A stretch of DNA of 64,000 bases from Octopus vulgaris (taxonomy: Eukaryota): NCBI GenBank assembly GCA_951406725.2, contig OX597826.1, forward strand, positions 2,604,001-2,668,000, in the 5' to 3' direction. Positions 26,767 through 39,318 of this stretch are shown here, in pieces; the stretch's first letter is position 1; each line of letters opens with the position of its first letter. Position numbers and translations under genes: made by a program. The notes beneath the pieces are model-generated. The model was not told the origin of the DNA. It saw only the letters and a program-made list of their open reading frames with translations, and searched no databases.

Positions 26767-27884
26767 TATTTGAATTATCTAATTCGGAGAAAAAAAGCGT
26801 AAGAGTAAGATTGAGGGGTGAGATTTGCACGGTTTCACTTCCGCCAGCGAACCGTAACCATGCTGGGTCACTGCCATTAAAAGGTGCAATTATAATTCCT
26901 ACGATCCCCAAGTTGTCGGTCATTTAAGTACCAACTAGTCTCGAAGTTGCTCAACTTCGGAGGTCGGTGGTAAAACTGCTACATTTAACATCACATCCAA
27001 ATATTCAACTTGACTATCTCTGTGAAATCATTAATCCTTCTATATACTCTTTCCTCAAATGTAGTATCTATTTGTCGGGAAAGATTGAAAGATGGATTAG
27101 CTTAACTTACATCGGAACAGCAGCAAAATTTGCAGGAGAAGAATTTATAATGTCGATGTTCAACATTGGCATTTCATTTCCATCATATAACTAATAAATT
27201 AAGAAAGGATAGGAATGCTTTTATCCTACGTCTCATACTTAAAATGCATAGGCTTCGTCACCAAGTCAAAACAATTGTTCAGATCATGAAAAACCCTGAT
27301 TTGAAATATTAGCATACTTCGCAAACAATGAAAACTTTATCCATGGTTGCAATTATTTTCCTATAATTAGCTATCTCAGTCCGCGGTGAATTAATCAAAT
27401 ACCCTGCAATTCCTTAATTAAAATAGGTTTAGTAAAAGATAATGAATGATAGAGGAATTATTTCCAATGGAATATAAGTTTGCATTCTCAAAAATATCTA
27501 AACGCCTTTAACTATCATGATTGTGAAAGTGTGTGTGCTGGTGGTTGCAGCTATTAGCCTCATGACCACATTTTCTTAGGTTCGATTCCTGAGACACGCT
27601 GTATTTTATGCTTGAGTAATGCTTTCATTTCACGCTATGCAGTTGAAAATTAGTACCAGCCTCGTTTACTTTTCCAACTCACACTTCGTTGAAGTTTTGT
27701 AGGTAAAATGATTAGAAAACCAACAGCGTCTGCGTCTGTCCTCCATCACATAATATTTAGTGCAATTAGGTAAAATATGGCACTTTCGAATGACGTTTAT
27801 GCTAGAAATGAATTTTGATTTTCTTAATGTTATTTCTATATCATCGTTATGGTGTGCAATCTTAAATATTTAGGAGCATGAAAA

Positions 27885-27912
27885 CCTGAGTATTGCCCGG
27901 GTAATTATTAGT
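27885..27912 (+). mobile_element. Possible decayed Helitron 3' end
   Basis: ACCTGAG..CCCGGGT hairpin followed by AATTATTAGT (CTAGT-like). Confidence 0.3.
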
Positions 27913-28618
27913 TGTCTGTTCTAAAAAGCACATGAAAACTTGGATGCAGTTAATTCAAGTTCATTCGCCTTTCTTATCAATATATCGACATGTAACTTTA
28001 ATATGATGCATATACATGTATAAGCGAACTAGTTTGACAATTGTTATACAAATTAGTTACTGAGGCTGTGTATTGTAGGAGATTATATAGGCATCACTGA
28101 TTATGTGACAGAGGCTATTGTAAAACCTCTCTACTCTGTTTTGTCTCTAAATGTTAGAGTATCGATGTTTATAACAGGATTTTCCTTTAACAAATAAAGA
28201 GTGAATATTTACGTCCTTCTTTTATTTGAAAAGATAACGTTATGAGCGAATGTGACTCATCAGGTAATGTATCGAGAACTAATTTATCTGATGTATAAAA
28301 ATAGTAAATGATCCACACCGAAGTATAAAACACGTTTGTATCTTACTGTGTCATCAACCATTGCTACGTTACGAACTTTCCAAACATATTTAACACTCAA
28401 CGGCCTCGTCTTCCTAATGCTATGTCACAGTTAGAGGGTTAAATCTTCACTAATGGAAGTGAAAATAACACTGCAAAATTGAGCAACGCATTCTTAGCTT
28501 ACATATTTCTCTTTAAGTAATTCACGGATGTGTATGGTGAGCAAATATCTTAATAACATTACAATTATCTCTTCTCCAAAACAATTATTAGCATTTATTT
28601 CAGCTACTTGGTAATAGT

Positions 28619-28932
28619 GTGGAAGCGCAATTGCCCAGTGGTTAGGGCAGCGGACTCGCGGTCGGAGGATTGCGTTTTCGATATCCAGATCGGGCGTTGT
28701 GTGTGTCTTTTGAGTGAAAAAACCTAAAGCTCCACGACGCTCCGGCAGGGGGTGGTGGCGACCCCTGTTGTACTCTTTCGCCCCAACTTTCTCTCGCTCT
28801 TTCTTCCTGTTTCTTGAGTAACGCTGCGATTGGTTAGTGTTCCGTCCAGCTGAGGGGAACACACACGCCACAGAAACCGGGAAACCGGGCCCATGAGCCT
28901 GGCTAGGCTTGGAAAGGGCGCAAAGAAAAAAA
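28619..28932 (+). mobile_element. SINE, family B-type head, alternative central domain, tail type 2, with TSD
   Basis: TSD ACTTGGTAA(T/C)AGT at 28606-28618 and 28933-28945; A-rich tail. Confidence 0.9.
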
Positions 28933-28983
28933 ACTTGGTAACAGTAGGAACGTTTAGAAAAATGAGAGTGATATACAGTATCG

Positions 28984-29483
28984 TGTATAAAAGTCAACGT
29001 GTATTATTTAAGGTCGAATTTGTATTAATCGAAGAATAAATATCCTCCTGTTGATGAACGTCAGAATACGAAACAATAGAAAATGTCACAAGAGCAAAGT
29101 AGGTATCGCAATAATTGAAAGGTATCTGAACTAGAGAAAATCCTGGAGATTTTATACTGAAAGAGTTAATACTAGCAAGGAAGACCATTTGATCACAATT
29201 GGAAATACTATTTCATCACGGCTTTTTGATACTGCTTATGATAGTCTTCCGAGCGAACTCCCTGTGTACTAAACTAGTGCATTATTCAAAGGTAAGTGTC
29301 AGTTATATATCAGAATTATAATTCCTGTGTTTTTATTTTCCTCCCTTTGAAAGTATAATAAGTATGATCGGCCATAAGAAATACATAAACTTTGCAAACT
29401 GACATCTCCGTTTTAGTGAAATGTTAAAAGAAATATCGTAAAGTATTAATGAAATCGTACTTTGCTTTCTAGCGAAGAGGTTT
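28984..29483 (+). repeat. Local direct duplication, copy 1
   Basis: Collinear with 30708-31248 (AAAAGTCAACGTGTATTATTTAA, ACCATTTGATCA, AAACTAGTGCATTA, CAAACTGACATCTCCGTT). Confidence 0.92.
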
Positions 29484-29778
29484 GACATTGATTAAGAAAG
29501 TTGTTGCATTCGAAATATTAATACATGTCCTTCTTTTTCAGTATCAAATTTCCTTTATTTATTGCTTAGAGGAAAGGTTATAAACCGAAATAATTGCAAG
29601 ATATATTATTGATAATAGGAATATTATTAATAATAGGAAATGCAGCAGCTGGGAACCATATGAGCTACACGGAGGTCACTCAACAGAAGATTCTCTTTCT
29701 CTTGTTCAACACTTCTAATTACGCCTGCTGAATAAACGTTCAAATATTACGATATCAAATCAAGGCAGCTACAACAAT

Positions 29779-30095
29779 GATTAGGGCAGCGGACTCGCGG
29801 TCGGATGATCGCGGTTTCGATTTCCAGACCGGGTGTTGTGTGTGTTTATTGAGCGAAAACACCTAAAGCCCCACGAAGCTCTTTCAGGGGGTGGTGGCGA
29901 CCCCTGTTGCACTTTTTCGCCCCAACTTTCTCTCACTCTTTCTTCCTGTTTCTTATCCCCGCCTTCTTACGCAACCGCTGTGCCTGGATGCGCATTCATC
30001 CATCCGTCGATGCTCTCGGTGTCCGAGGTTGACCTGCTTTGTCTTCTGCGAGCCTTACGAATAGCAAAGGACCACGTTTCGGACTTCTCCCACTA
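29779..30095 (+). mobile_element. SINE related to 28619 copy, with a different 3' part
   Basis: Shares TTAGGGCAGCGGACTCGCGGTCGG...GGGGGTGGTGGCGACCCCTG...TCTTCCTGTTTCTT, then diverges. Confidence 0.85.
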
Positions 30096-30707
30096 ATGGG
30101 ACGAAGACCACTTCACTCAGCAAACAAACAACAAACAAACAAACAGCAGCAACAACAACTAAACCAAAATGTTCATAAGTTATAATAGTTAGATTACAGA
30201 TATAATATTTCATTCCACCCCCCACCTGTCTGTCAAGATGGGTTTCAATTTCCAGCTTTTTTTATATTTCAGGTATTTATTAATGCATATACAGAAAATA
30301 TAGTAAATAAATTTTACTATTTTATCAAAAATATCAGTAGAACAAGCGTAGGGATACTAATTATATCGGCTACAAACACTAGTAATTACAAATTTATGCA
30401 AATCACTTACCCTAAGATCTGCTTATCATGAAGCTTTAGGTTTTACTTATAACAAAATACGCCATTCAAAACTGAAGAAATAGGGGAGGATACCTTTCCT
30501 ATAGAAAAAGTTATTGTAAAACATTTCTACTAAATGTATATCGTTTAACAATCGATATAATTGAAACAACACACGGTAAAATATAATGGTGTTCATTTTC
30601 TTCAAATCCCAGTTATATAATTTAATAAATGAGGAAACTTTGTAGCGAGCTTTCCTTCGTGTCGACGCAGACATTTTTGGCAAAGTGAGAAGGATATCGA
30701 ATAACAC

Positions 30708-31248
30708 GTATACAAAAGTCAACGTGTATTATTTAACGTCAATGTTCTGTTTATTGATGAATAAATATCCACGCGTTGATGAACGCCAGAGGATAGGAAA
30801 CAATGGAAAACGTCACAGGAGCGAAGTAAGTATTTGTATCGCCATGATTGAAAGCTATCCGAAAAAGAGAAAATCCTGAAAATTTTAAGTTGAAACAATT
30901 AATACTGGCAAGGAAAACCATTTGATCAAAATTTGAAATACTATTTCCTTATTACGTTTTAATACGGCATAAGATAGTTTCTAGAGCTCCAGGTGCACTG
31001 AAGGATCTCTAGTACCAAATGAAATTCATATCCGTGTACAAAACTAGTGCATTAACCATAGAAAAGTTTCAGTTATGTATCAAGATGATAATTTCTGTCT
31101 TTTTTTCTCAGTTTCGAAGACATAAGAAGTATGATCACCCACAAAAGATTTAATCTCTACAAACTGACATCTCCGTTATAGTAAAACTTTAAATCAAATA
31201 TTGTAAACTATTAATGAACTCGTACTTTGTTTTCTAGCTAAAAGTTTT
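30708..31248 (+). repeat. Local direct duplication, copy 2
   Basis: See copy 1; has a ~35-nt extra segment near 30990-31030. Confidence 0.92.
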
Positions 31249-31291
31249 CAGATCGGTTCTCCTAGTGGAAAGGATTATTTTACCAGACCCT

Positions 31292-31368
31292 TGTGCTGGA
31301 GCCACGTAAAATTCACTCGTGGCAGTGCCACATAAATGTACCCGTGCAGTGCCACGTACGAACCACCC
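31292..31368 (+). repeat. Three ~25-bp tandem units (GTGC..G.GCCACGTA), probably a SINE remnant
   Basis: Direct observation. Confidence 0.6.
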
Positions 31369-32648
31369 AACCTGGTCCATGAGAAAGATTAAAAGGCATT
31401 CTGTTTATCATTCAGTACACTTCTCATGCATGTCTGACAGCAGTATTCGATGTGTCTTTCTGTTTCTCTCCTTGTCTTGCTTTATTATAATACATTGCAG
31501 CATGTAATATGCCAATAATCTTCCTGTTACTTTTACCCCCTCTATGCTTCCCATTTGGAATACAAATATAAATTGCAATTAATTTTGTCCCGGCTTAAGA
31601 TAACTTTTGGAGAATGCGTACAGAAATATAGATTTCGAAATATTTTCGCTTTAGAGGTTACAATTTTTACAAAAACGAAAAAACGAAAAAGCTATGAATT
31701 ATACTACATTCTCTAAATTAGCACGCTATATATTCGGTTTAAATTACTCCCAGTATACGAATGATAAATATTGTATCGATATTCAATCAAACAAAGGGAA
31801 TTCTTATGTGGCGAAATTGAAATTGCGAACATTAAGTGACAGAACAACGTTCTTTCATTTGATGCCCTTCAATTGCTTTATAATATTAATATTACACACT
31901 CGCTGTACATGTTTCAATTGTTCGTTGTGGGTTAATTTCAGCAAAAGAGATATTCAATTTGCTGCAATACATTTGTGGCAAATATGAGCCATGTTTGTCT
32001 TTCATGAATATGAGGTCATTAAAATAACTGTTTGGCATTGATTGGGATCGATAGAAACACTATAAATGTGTGACTTTGTAAAAGCGTTGAAAATCAATAT
32101 TTTTAACGAAATAAATTACATAATTTCTAACACATCTAACTGAAGATTATTTGTAAACCAATAAATAATATAATTAAAGAAAAAATAACAATTCATGAAC
32201 ATGGTGCTACAGAATGAAGAAAACAATAAACGCATAAACTGAACGATCCAAACAGAGGTGACGATTGCATTTGATGTTACAACAACGATATTTACTGACA
32301 TGAAAAATAATATCTTAATTAATAACAAACAGTATTTTATGAATGAAAGCTGAATATTTATATTGATTTTGTTTCTTCAGACCTCGTGCTTGACAGAACC
32401 GGCAGACCAAATATTACCCGGTAATTAAATACATCCCTTTATGGTGTGATTGTAGCATTATTTGAAAGCAGAATTATTTGGTCGAAAGCGATATATAATC
32501 TTACCTTTTCCACGTAGTGTCATACGTTTTACAGCAATGGATCACGTTGCCGTTATTTTTGGTATGGTAATTATTTCAACTATACATTCGTTGATCAAAT
32601 CATAAGTAACTCCTGTTGTAGTAATACAGAAATGATGCTACAAATTAT

Positions 32649-32751
<103 letters not shown>

Positions 32752-33580
32752 GTATGTATGTATGTATAACAACATCTCTACTGGAGTCATATAGATATAT
32801 ATTTGTAGTCGCGAATATGGAAACTTGACGGAAGCTATATTAACGAGATACACAATGTAATATACCAGGTTTTCGATTTAAGCGGATTTTTGCATTCCGA
32901 TGGATTTTTGATCCTTTGATTATGCCCGAAACCAATTTAAATCAAGTATCTGAGACAATTTTCGGAAATAAAGTGAGAAAAATTCAAAGACCTAATTGTT
33001 AGAGCAAGATGAATATATACCTCAATGCATTATGCCTTGCATACCACTACGCATTCGCTAATTTTAACTGAAATTAATAGTAATACATGGGGATAAAAAG
33101 CCTAGATATACCAAAATATGGTAAACGATTTCATTAGAGTTAATCGATAACCCATTTAATCCACACAAAGCTGACAGCCTTAAACATTAAGGAATTAAAT
33201 ATTATGAAGAATTGGCGCCACTTTAAAGTAAAGCAGCCAAAATCAACGTTGGTTATATTAAAAATGTAAAATCTTTGGGGAGATTGGTTAGGGCACAAAT
33301 TCTGAGAAGTAGGCGCCAAATCCATTTTACATACTGTATTAGCAATCACAAGGTCAATATCTAGTCTTAGAACATTGTGGAGTATGTATCCTTCGCATTA
33401 ATGGAACAATATTTAAATCCAAAATCCATAATGGCTTCCAAATATTCACCTCATTCGAACCTCAAAACACCCCAACACCATCCGCCAGAGAGGGGAAATA
33501 TACACACAAACTGTGCCAGCTAAAGTATTACGTGGTTGCATAGGATATTTCTACGTTACCTAATGCGTGTATGTATGTAT

Positions 33581-33618
<38 letters not shown>

Positions 33619-33643
33619 CATACATATATATATATATATAGAC

Positions 33644-33696
<53 letters not shown>

Positions 33697-33735
33697 CAGA
33701 CATACATATATAGATATATAGATATATATATATAC

Positions 33736-33803
<68 letters not shown>

Positions 33804-33817
33804 TTACATACATACAT

Positions 33818-33865
<48 letters not shown>

Positions 33866-34194
33866 ACACACACACAGAGAATCGTAGTTTGCCATGCAAA
33901 ATAATATAAAGTCAGTTTATATCGAAGAAATACATTAAAATCTGTTTTCTGACACGCGGTTGTCAAAAGAATAAATGGTGCTCAACTTAAGCTGCTTCGT
34001 AATGTTTGTAAAACTGACTTAATATATAAGTAGGTCTATTTATGTTTACATTTCTTTAAAATCTTTGTAAATTTTGGGTTTTAAACAGAATTGTGGAGTC
34101 AATTCAGTTATGCGTACACACATTGTTATACACTCATAAACACACACACACACACACACACACACATATGTATAGATATATATATATACATGTT

Positions 34195-34245
<51 letters not shown>

Positions 34246-34382
34246 TTATATATACGTATATACATATATATAAGCGCATCTATGTATGTATGTCTATATA
34301 TATATATATATATGTGTGTGTATGTATATACATATATATATATATGTATATATATATGTGTGTGTGTATGTATATACATAGA

Positions 34383-34413
<31 letters not shown>

Positions 34414-34608
34414 GTTTGTATATATATATATATACCACACACACGCAAACACACACATTTATATACAATACAGATGCATTTTCAATCTTGAATTTAAAAA
34501 TAATAATTGTTTTTTTTATATATACGCCTAACGTGTATTTGTCATGAGATTAGGCGGAAAACAGGTTGTTTAAAGGTGGGAAAATGCAAACAGCAATGTA
34601 TTTTCGTA

Positions 34609-34820
34609 CAGGGAGGAAATGGCTAAAATGTTTTGATGTTCATTCCTTGTAACTATTATTTATTTCCATAGTTCTTCGATGTGTTTTCAACTGGTCGACA
34701 AAAGCCTTGGTCGCCTCCCTCTTGCTGTTTTGTTTTTATAGATTTCACTAGTATTCAAGGGAAACAATCGAGTGTGCAAATAGTGTTTCTAAACGTTATT
34801 CCATATATTTTCCTTCCCTG
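34609..34820. mobile_element. Possible Tc1/mariner-type MITE
   Basis: TA|CAGGGAGGAAA ... TTTCCTTCCCTG|TA termini. Confidence 0.4.
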
Positions 34821-34854
34821 TATATAATCTAGAATTTTGTTATCATTTGATTTA

Positions 34855-36545
34855 AATATATTTTTTGTTACGCTTCGCTGACTTTGACTTTCATTTCTCC
34901 TTGTATAATGTCATCCGGCTCGAAAATCCCTAAATATCTATAACCACTACCGTCGGGTTCACCCATGGTCTCTCCTGATGGTAACCGCAATCCTGTTCAG
35001 GCTGTGTTCTTCCCTCTTTTCATATTAAGTACTGAGCATTTGGTAATCCCAAATTCCATACTGATGTCCCAACGACACTTCTGGTCTGTTTTGGTTAAGT
35101 GATCTATCTACTTTTTTCAGATTTTCCAAACAATTTCCGGTCATCCATGAACAGAGAATGGCTCAACGATGGGCCTTTCTTCCCCCATCGGTAACCCATT
35201 TTAAGTTTCCTAAGTGTCATTGTTTTGGGTATTGATGTAATCACAAAAGTAACAGAAAATGTGTCACCTTGGAAGATTCCCTTTTTAATATTAACTTCTC
35301 TAAGGAATCCCTTACATGAGTACAATTTGGTTTTCCACCATTTCATGCTATGCATCAAAAAATTTGTGATGTTGTCAGCAACGCCAAACACCTGAAGACA
35401 TTCAGCAATCCAAGAATGAGGCATCATATCATATGCCTTCTGAAAGTCAATCCAAGCCATAAACATGTTTGTATGATGTTTTTTACAATGTCTCAACCAT
35501 TTTTATCGGTGACCAGGTGATACTTGCTACCCTGAGAACTTTTCCTACATCCTTTTTGCTCCCTTGGTAGTATTGCTTCCTGTACCAGGAAAGTGTGTCT
35601 TTGTCACCCATATTCTTGTGAGTATCTCCCAGAATATGTTCAAGCATACTACGGGACGGTAGTTTCCCACAATATTCCCCTTTCTTCTATCTTTCATTAC
35701 CAGTGTTGTCCGCCCAGTCACCACCCACGAAGGGACTGTACCCTTCTGGACTCATTCAATTGGGCTGCTAGTCTCTCATGCACCGCATGGCACCTCTTCA
35801 GCCAGACGCCATGAATCCCACCCGGTCCGGGGGCTTTCCAGTTAGGCACTTTACCCACTTGTTCTTTCACATAACATATGCTTATGACAATATTCCTTTG
35901 TTCCTTTCCTCCTTGTAATTCTGTCTTGATAATTCCTACCCTGATTGCATCCCTTTTATACCACATTGTTTCCACATAATCCGCTGCAGAACTCCTTGGC
36001 TTAATTTCCATCAGGGGCAACATTTTCCCTATTGTCTCCTCCTAACGTTCGGGTTAATTTTGAACAATCTGTTCTCCTCGAACTGCTTATTTCTGTTCAC
36101 AAATCTTCTGATCTTCTAGCTTTTTGCCATGATCTCCTGTTTTAACAGCTCTATTAATGCATCAACCCGTTCTTCCGTATTTTATATTTCTTCTCTAATT
36201 TCTCCCAATCGGTCTTTTTACCCTTTTTCCTGCTTCCTCTTAACATTGCTCAGTTTTCTTTAGATCTTGCGTTGCCCGCATTATGTTCCTTTCAATGCGT
36301 CATTTCCACCATAGTTCTTTTGTTCCGCCATTTTTTTTTATTTTCTTAAGTTGTAATTTCTCTTCAACAAGTAGCGCAAATGCTCAGAGAAGATTCCTTG
36401 TTTGTGTTATGTCCTCATTCTGAATGTATGTTAGGACAGTATTTATCTTTTGTGTTACTTTATTTATCATACTCCTATCTACTCTTCTCATATTCATGGG
36501 GATTTTTTCTTCTGGATCATCCATCAACTGGGTGGACATGAATCA

Positions 36546-36619
<74 letters not shown>

Positions 36620-37198
36620 TAATTCATGTCCACCCACCAGAGTATAAGGTTTCACTTTATCACGTTCCTGCTCCTCATCCTTAACAAATCCATCACCACT
36701 CCCCCGTTCCTCCTCTCTACTCTTCTCCCTACTTTTAATTCCTACCTCTGTTTTCAATTCCGACCATCCTTTGTAGCCCATCCGCAGGGTCTTCCAGACC
36801 CTCACTAAACCGAGGTATTTCTACTCCAGTTAAGTAACCACTCTTCCTAACCACTCTCACGTGTTTCATTAGTTTATTTTCTGATATTTTACAGAATTCC
36901 TTTTCCATCCAAAGTTTCAAGGTACGTCGGTATACTCTGCGATTTCTTTCCAGGTTTGCTCTTTCATGACATTCAATAGGTGCATCGTACTCGTCCTTCG
37001 CCCATTTATGTCTGTTTTTGCGCACACCGTGTATGTTACCTGTTGTGACATAATGACCGTTCGAGGCCAGATCACTGCCCCTGATGCGAGTGGTTTCGGG
37101 GGTGCCGGGCGGGAAACCTTCACTAAGATCGGCTTTAGCTTCATTCTCGCCTTTAATTCTTTCCTCGCTTTGTTGCATCATGATTTCATGAGTTGTTC

Positions 37199-37199
<1 letters not shown>
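34855..37199 (-). mobile_element. Decayed R4/Dong-clade non-LTR retrotransposon (N-terminus + RT; C-terminal RLE not seen)
   Basis: PNWKAPGPGGIHGVWLK, EQKGCRK, AWIDFQKAYDMMPHSWI, GIFQGD, HSLFMDD.KLF, YRYLGI; many frameshifts. Confidence 0.9.
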
Positions 37200-37253
<54 letters not shown>

Positions 37254-37257
37254 CATT
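37200..37257. repeat. (TAA)n microsatellite at the LINE 5' junction
   Basis: Direct observation. Confidence 0.97.
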
Positions 37258-37457
37258 AAATGGATAGATCGATCGTCGATTTTGAGAAAGTTTGAAAATT
37301 AAATTGTTTTGAAGTTTTTCGCCACGCCATGGCGCTATGTTTTAACAATAAAAGAAAAATATAGTTCTCTAATTTATACTAGTCAACAACTGTAAATAAT
37401 AAAAAAATCATAGCATAAATACAAAACTCATACTCACACAAACGCGTATATACATAC

Positions 37458-37498
<41 letters not shown>

Positions 37499-38113
37499 GT
37501 ATGTATATACGTATGTATATATCTATGACTGTATATGCGTATGTATATGAATGTGTAGATATATGTATACATGTGCATATATATATGTAAGTATGTATAT
37601 ATGTCTGTATATATATATATATATGTTCATATGTATCTTTATACAGACATACCAAATTACTACGAAGCAGAAATGCTGTTGGTAGAGGGTAAAAAAGAAA
37701 TGAAATATTCCGAAAGAAAAATAAATAGATTTACAAGCAAATATATAGCTATACAAAGAAGTGCAAAATGGAGGAAGCCAAATGGCCGTGAAGAGAAACA
37801 AAAACTATTTAACGAGTGGATTTAAAAATCTGTGTAAATGCATGTTAAAAGAATAGTTTTAAAGAAACATAAACACAAACTAAAGCGCATTTAAACAAGT
37901 AAGGAAGAAAAAGAATAGAAATTACATTACTGTAACATCGAATGAAAACCGAGAGGAAAAAATAAAGTTAAAATAACTTGGAATAAATAAATAAGTAATA
38001 AATCTAAGCCAAGCCGAGATTTTAAAAAATAATAATAATATAAATCTCCCTGATGATATAGAAATACAAGAAACAAATTAACAAGCTTTAGACTGCTGAA
38101 TTTAGTTTATGCA

Positions 38114-38114
<1 letters not shown>

Positions 38115-38177
<63 letters not shown>

Positions 38178-38270
38178 GTTGTTGTTGTTGTTGTTGTTGT
38201 TGTTATTATTATTATTATTAATATTATTATCAGCAGCAGCATCGTTATCATCATCATCATCATCATCATT
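38115..38270. repeat. Compound (ATT)n/(GTT)n/(ATC)n microsatellite
   Basis: Direct observation. Confidence 0.97.
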
Positions 38271-38592
38271 TTTACTATTATTTTGTCTGCGTTTTTCGAT
38301 TTTTCAGTGGCTTTTCTTCCGCATTTATGTTTACATATGTGTTATCAGATGTTTATAAAAAAAAAAAGAAAACTGGGTCGCCACACTAAGAATACTCTGT
38401 TCTGTTTTGCTTATGAAACAACATTCAGACATACAGTTGCATATACATATAAGAAGGCACTACTGTACGGATATGAACTTTTCATACCTACGCGAGTTTC
38501 TTGTTCAATTCTTACTTCACGACATCTTTGTCAGTTGTCTACAATTATGATCTGGATTTATTCAACATATGATTTACATGTACACGCACACA

Positions 38593-38697
38593 CACATGGT
38601 TTAGTGGTTAGGGTGTTGTACTCAAGGTTGTGAAATCATGGGTTCTATTCAAGGACAGGTCGTTGTGTTGTGTTCTTTAGTAAAACACTTCATTCTA
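38593..38697 (+). mobile_element. SINE family B head fragment
   Basis: ATGGTTTAGTGGTTAGGGTGTT...GGTTCTATTC. Confidence 0.7.
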
Positions 38698-38725
38698 TAT
38701 ACGTCGCCTAACGACAGGAGAGTCC

Positions 38726-38814
<89 letters not shown>

Positions 38815-38897
38815 ATACTATATATATATATATATATATACCACTATAATAAATGATATATATATACATATATATATTAATTTTATACCTTATTATA

Positions 38898-39016
<119 letters not shown>

Positions 39017-39221
39017 ACGAATGCTGCGTTGATCAGCCCCAAGAGGCCATCGCCTCTAGTTATCTATGTGACACACATTCCTGTTAGCTAACCATATTAG
39101 CTTGACTATAACTATTAATATCCAGTACCGCTGCCGTAGTCACCTTTAGAGAGAATTAGAAATAATGATATTTCTATTTTTGAAAGCCAGTGGATGTATT
39201 CCACTGAATTTAGGTAAATAA

Positions 39222-39318
39222 ACCTTGGTCGGCCCGAAGCTATAGTAGAAGATACTTGCCGAAGGAGGTACGCAGTGGGACTGAAGCCGGAACCATATGG
39301 TTCGTAAGCAAGCTACTT
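39222..39318 (-). mobile_element. SINE family A head fragment
   Basis: GCTATAGTAGAAGATACTTGCC...CAGTGGGACTGAA. Confidence 0.85.

Noticed and set aside
26928-26968. CGAAGTTG-ct-CAACTTCG hairpin
   Set aside because: Only 8-9 bp with a 2-nt loop; expected occasionally by chance in 64 kb
28235-28270. Minus-strand CTGATGAG motif
   Set aside because: No stem II closure followed by GAAA
31292-31368. Short spaced repeats as a CRISPR-like array
   Set aside because: Three degenerate tandem units without unique spacers, eukaryotic context, no cas genes
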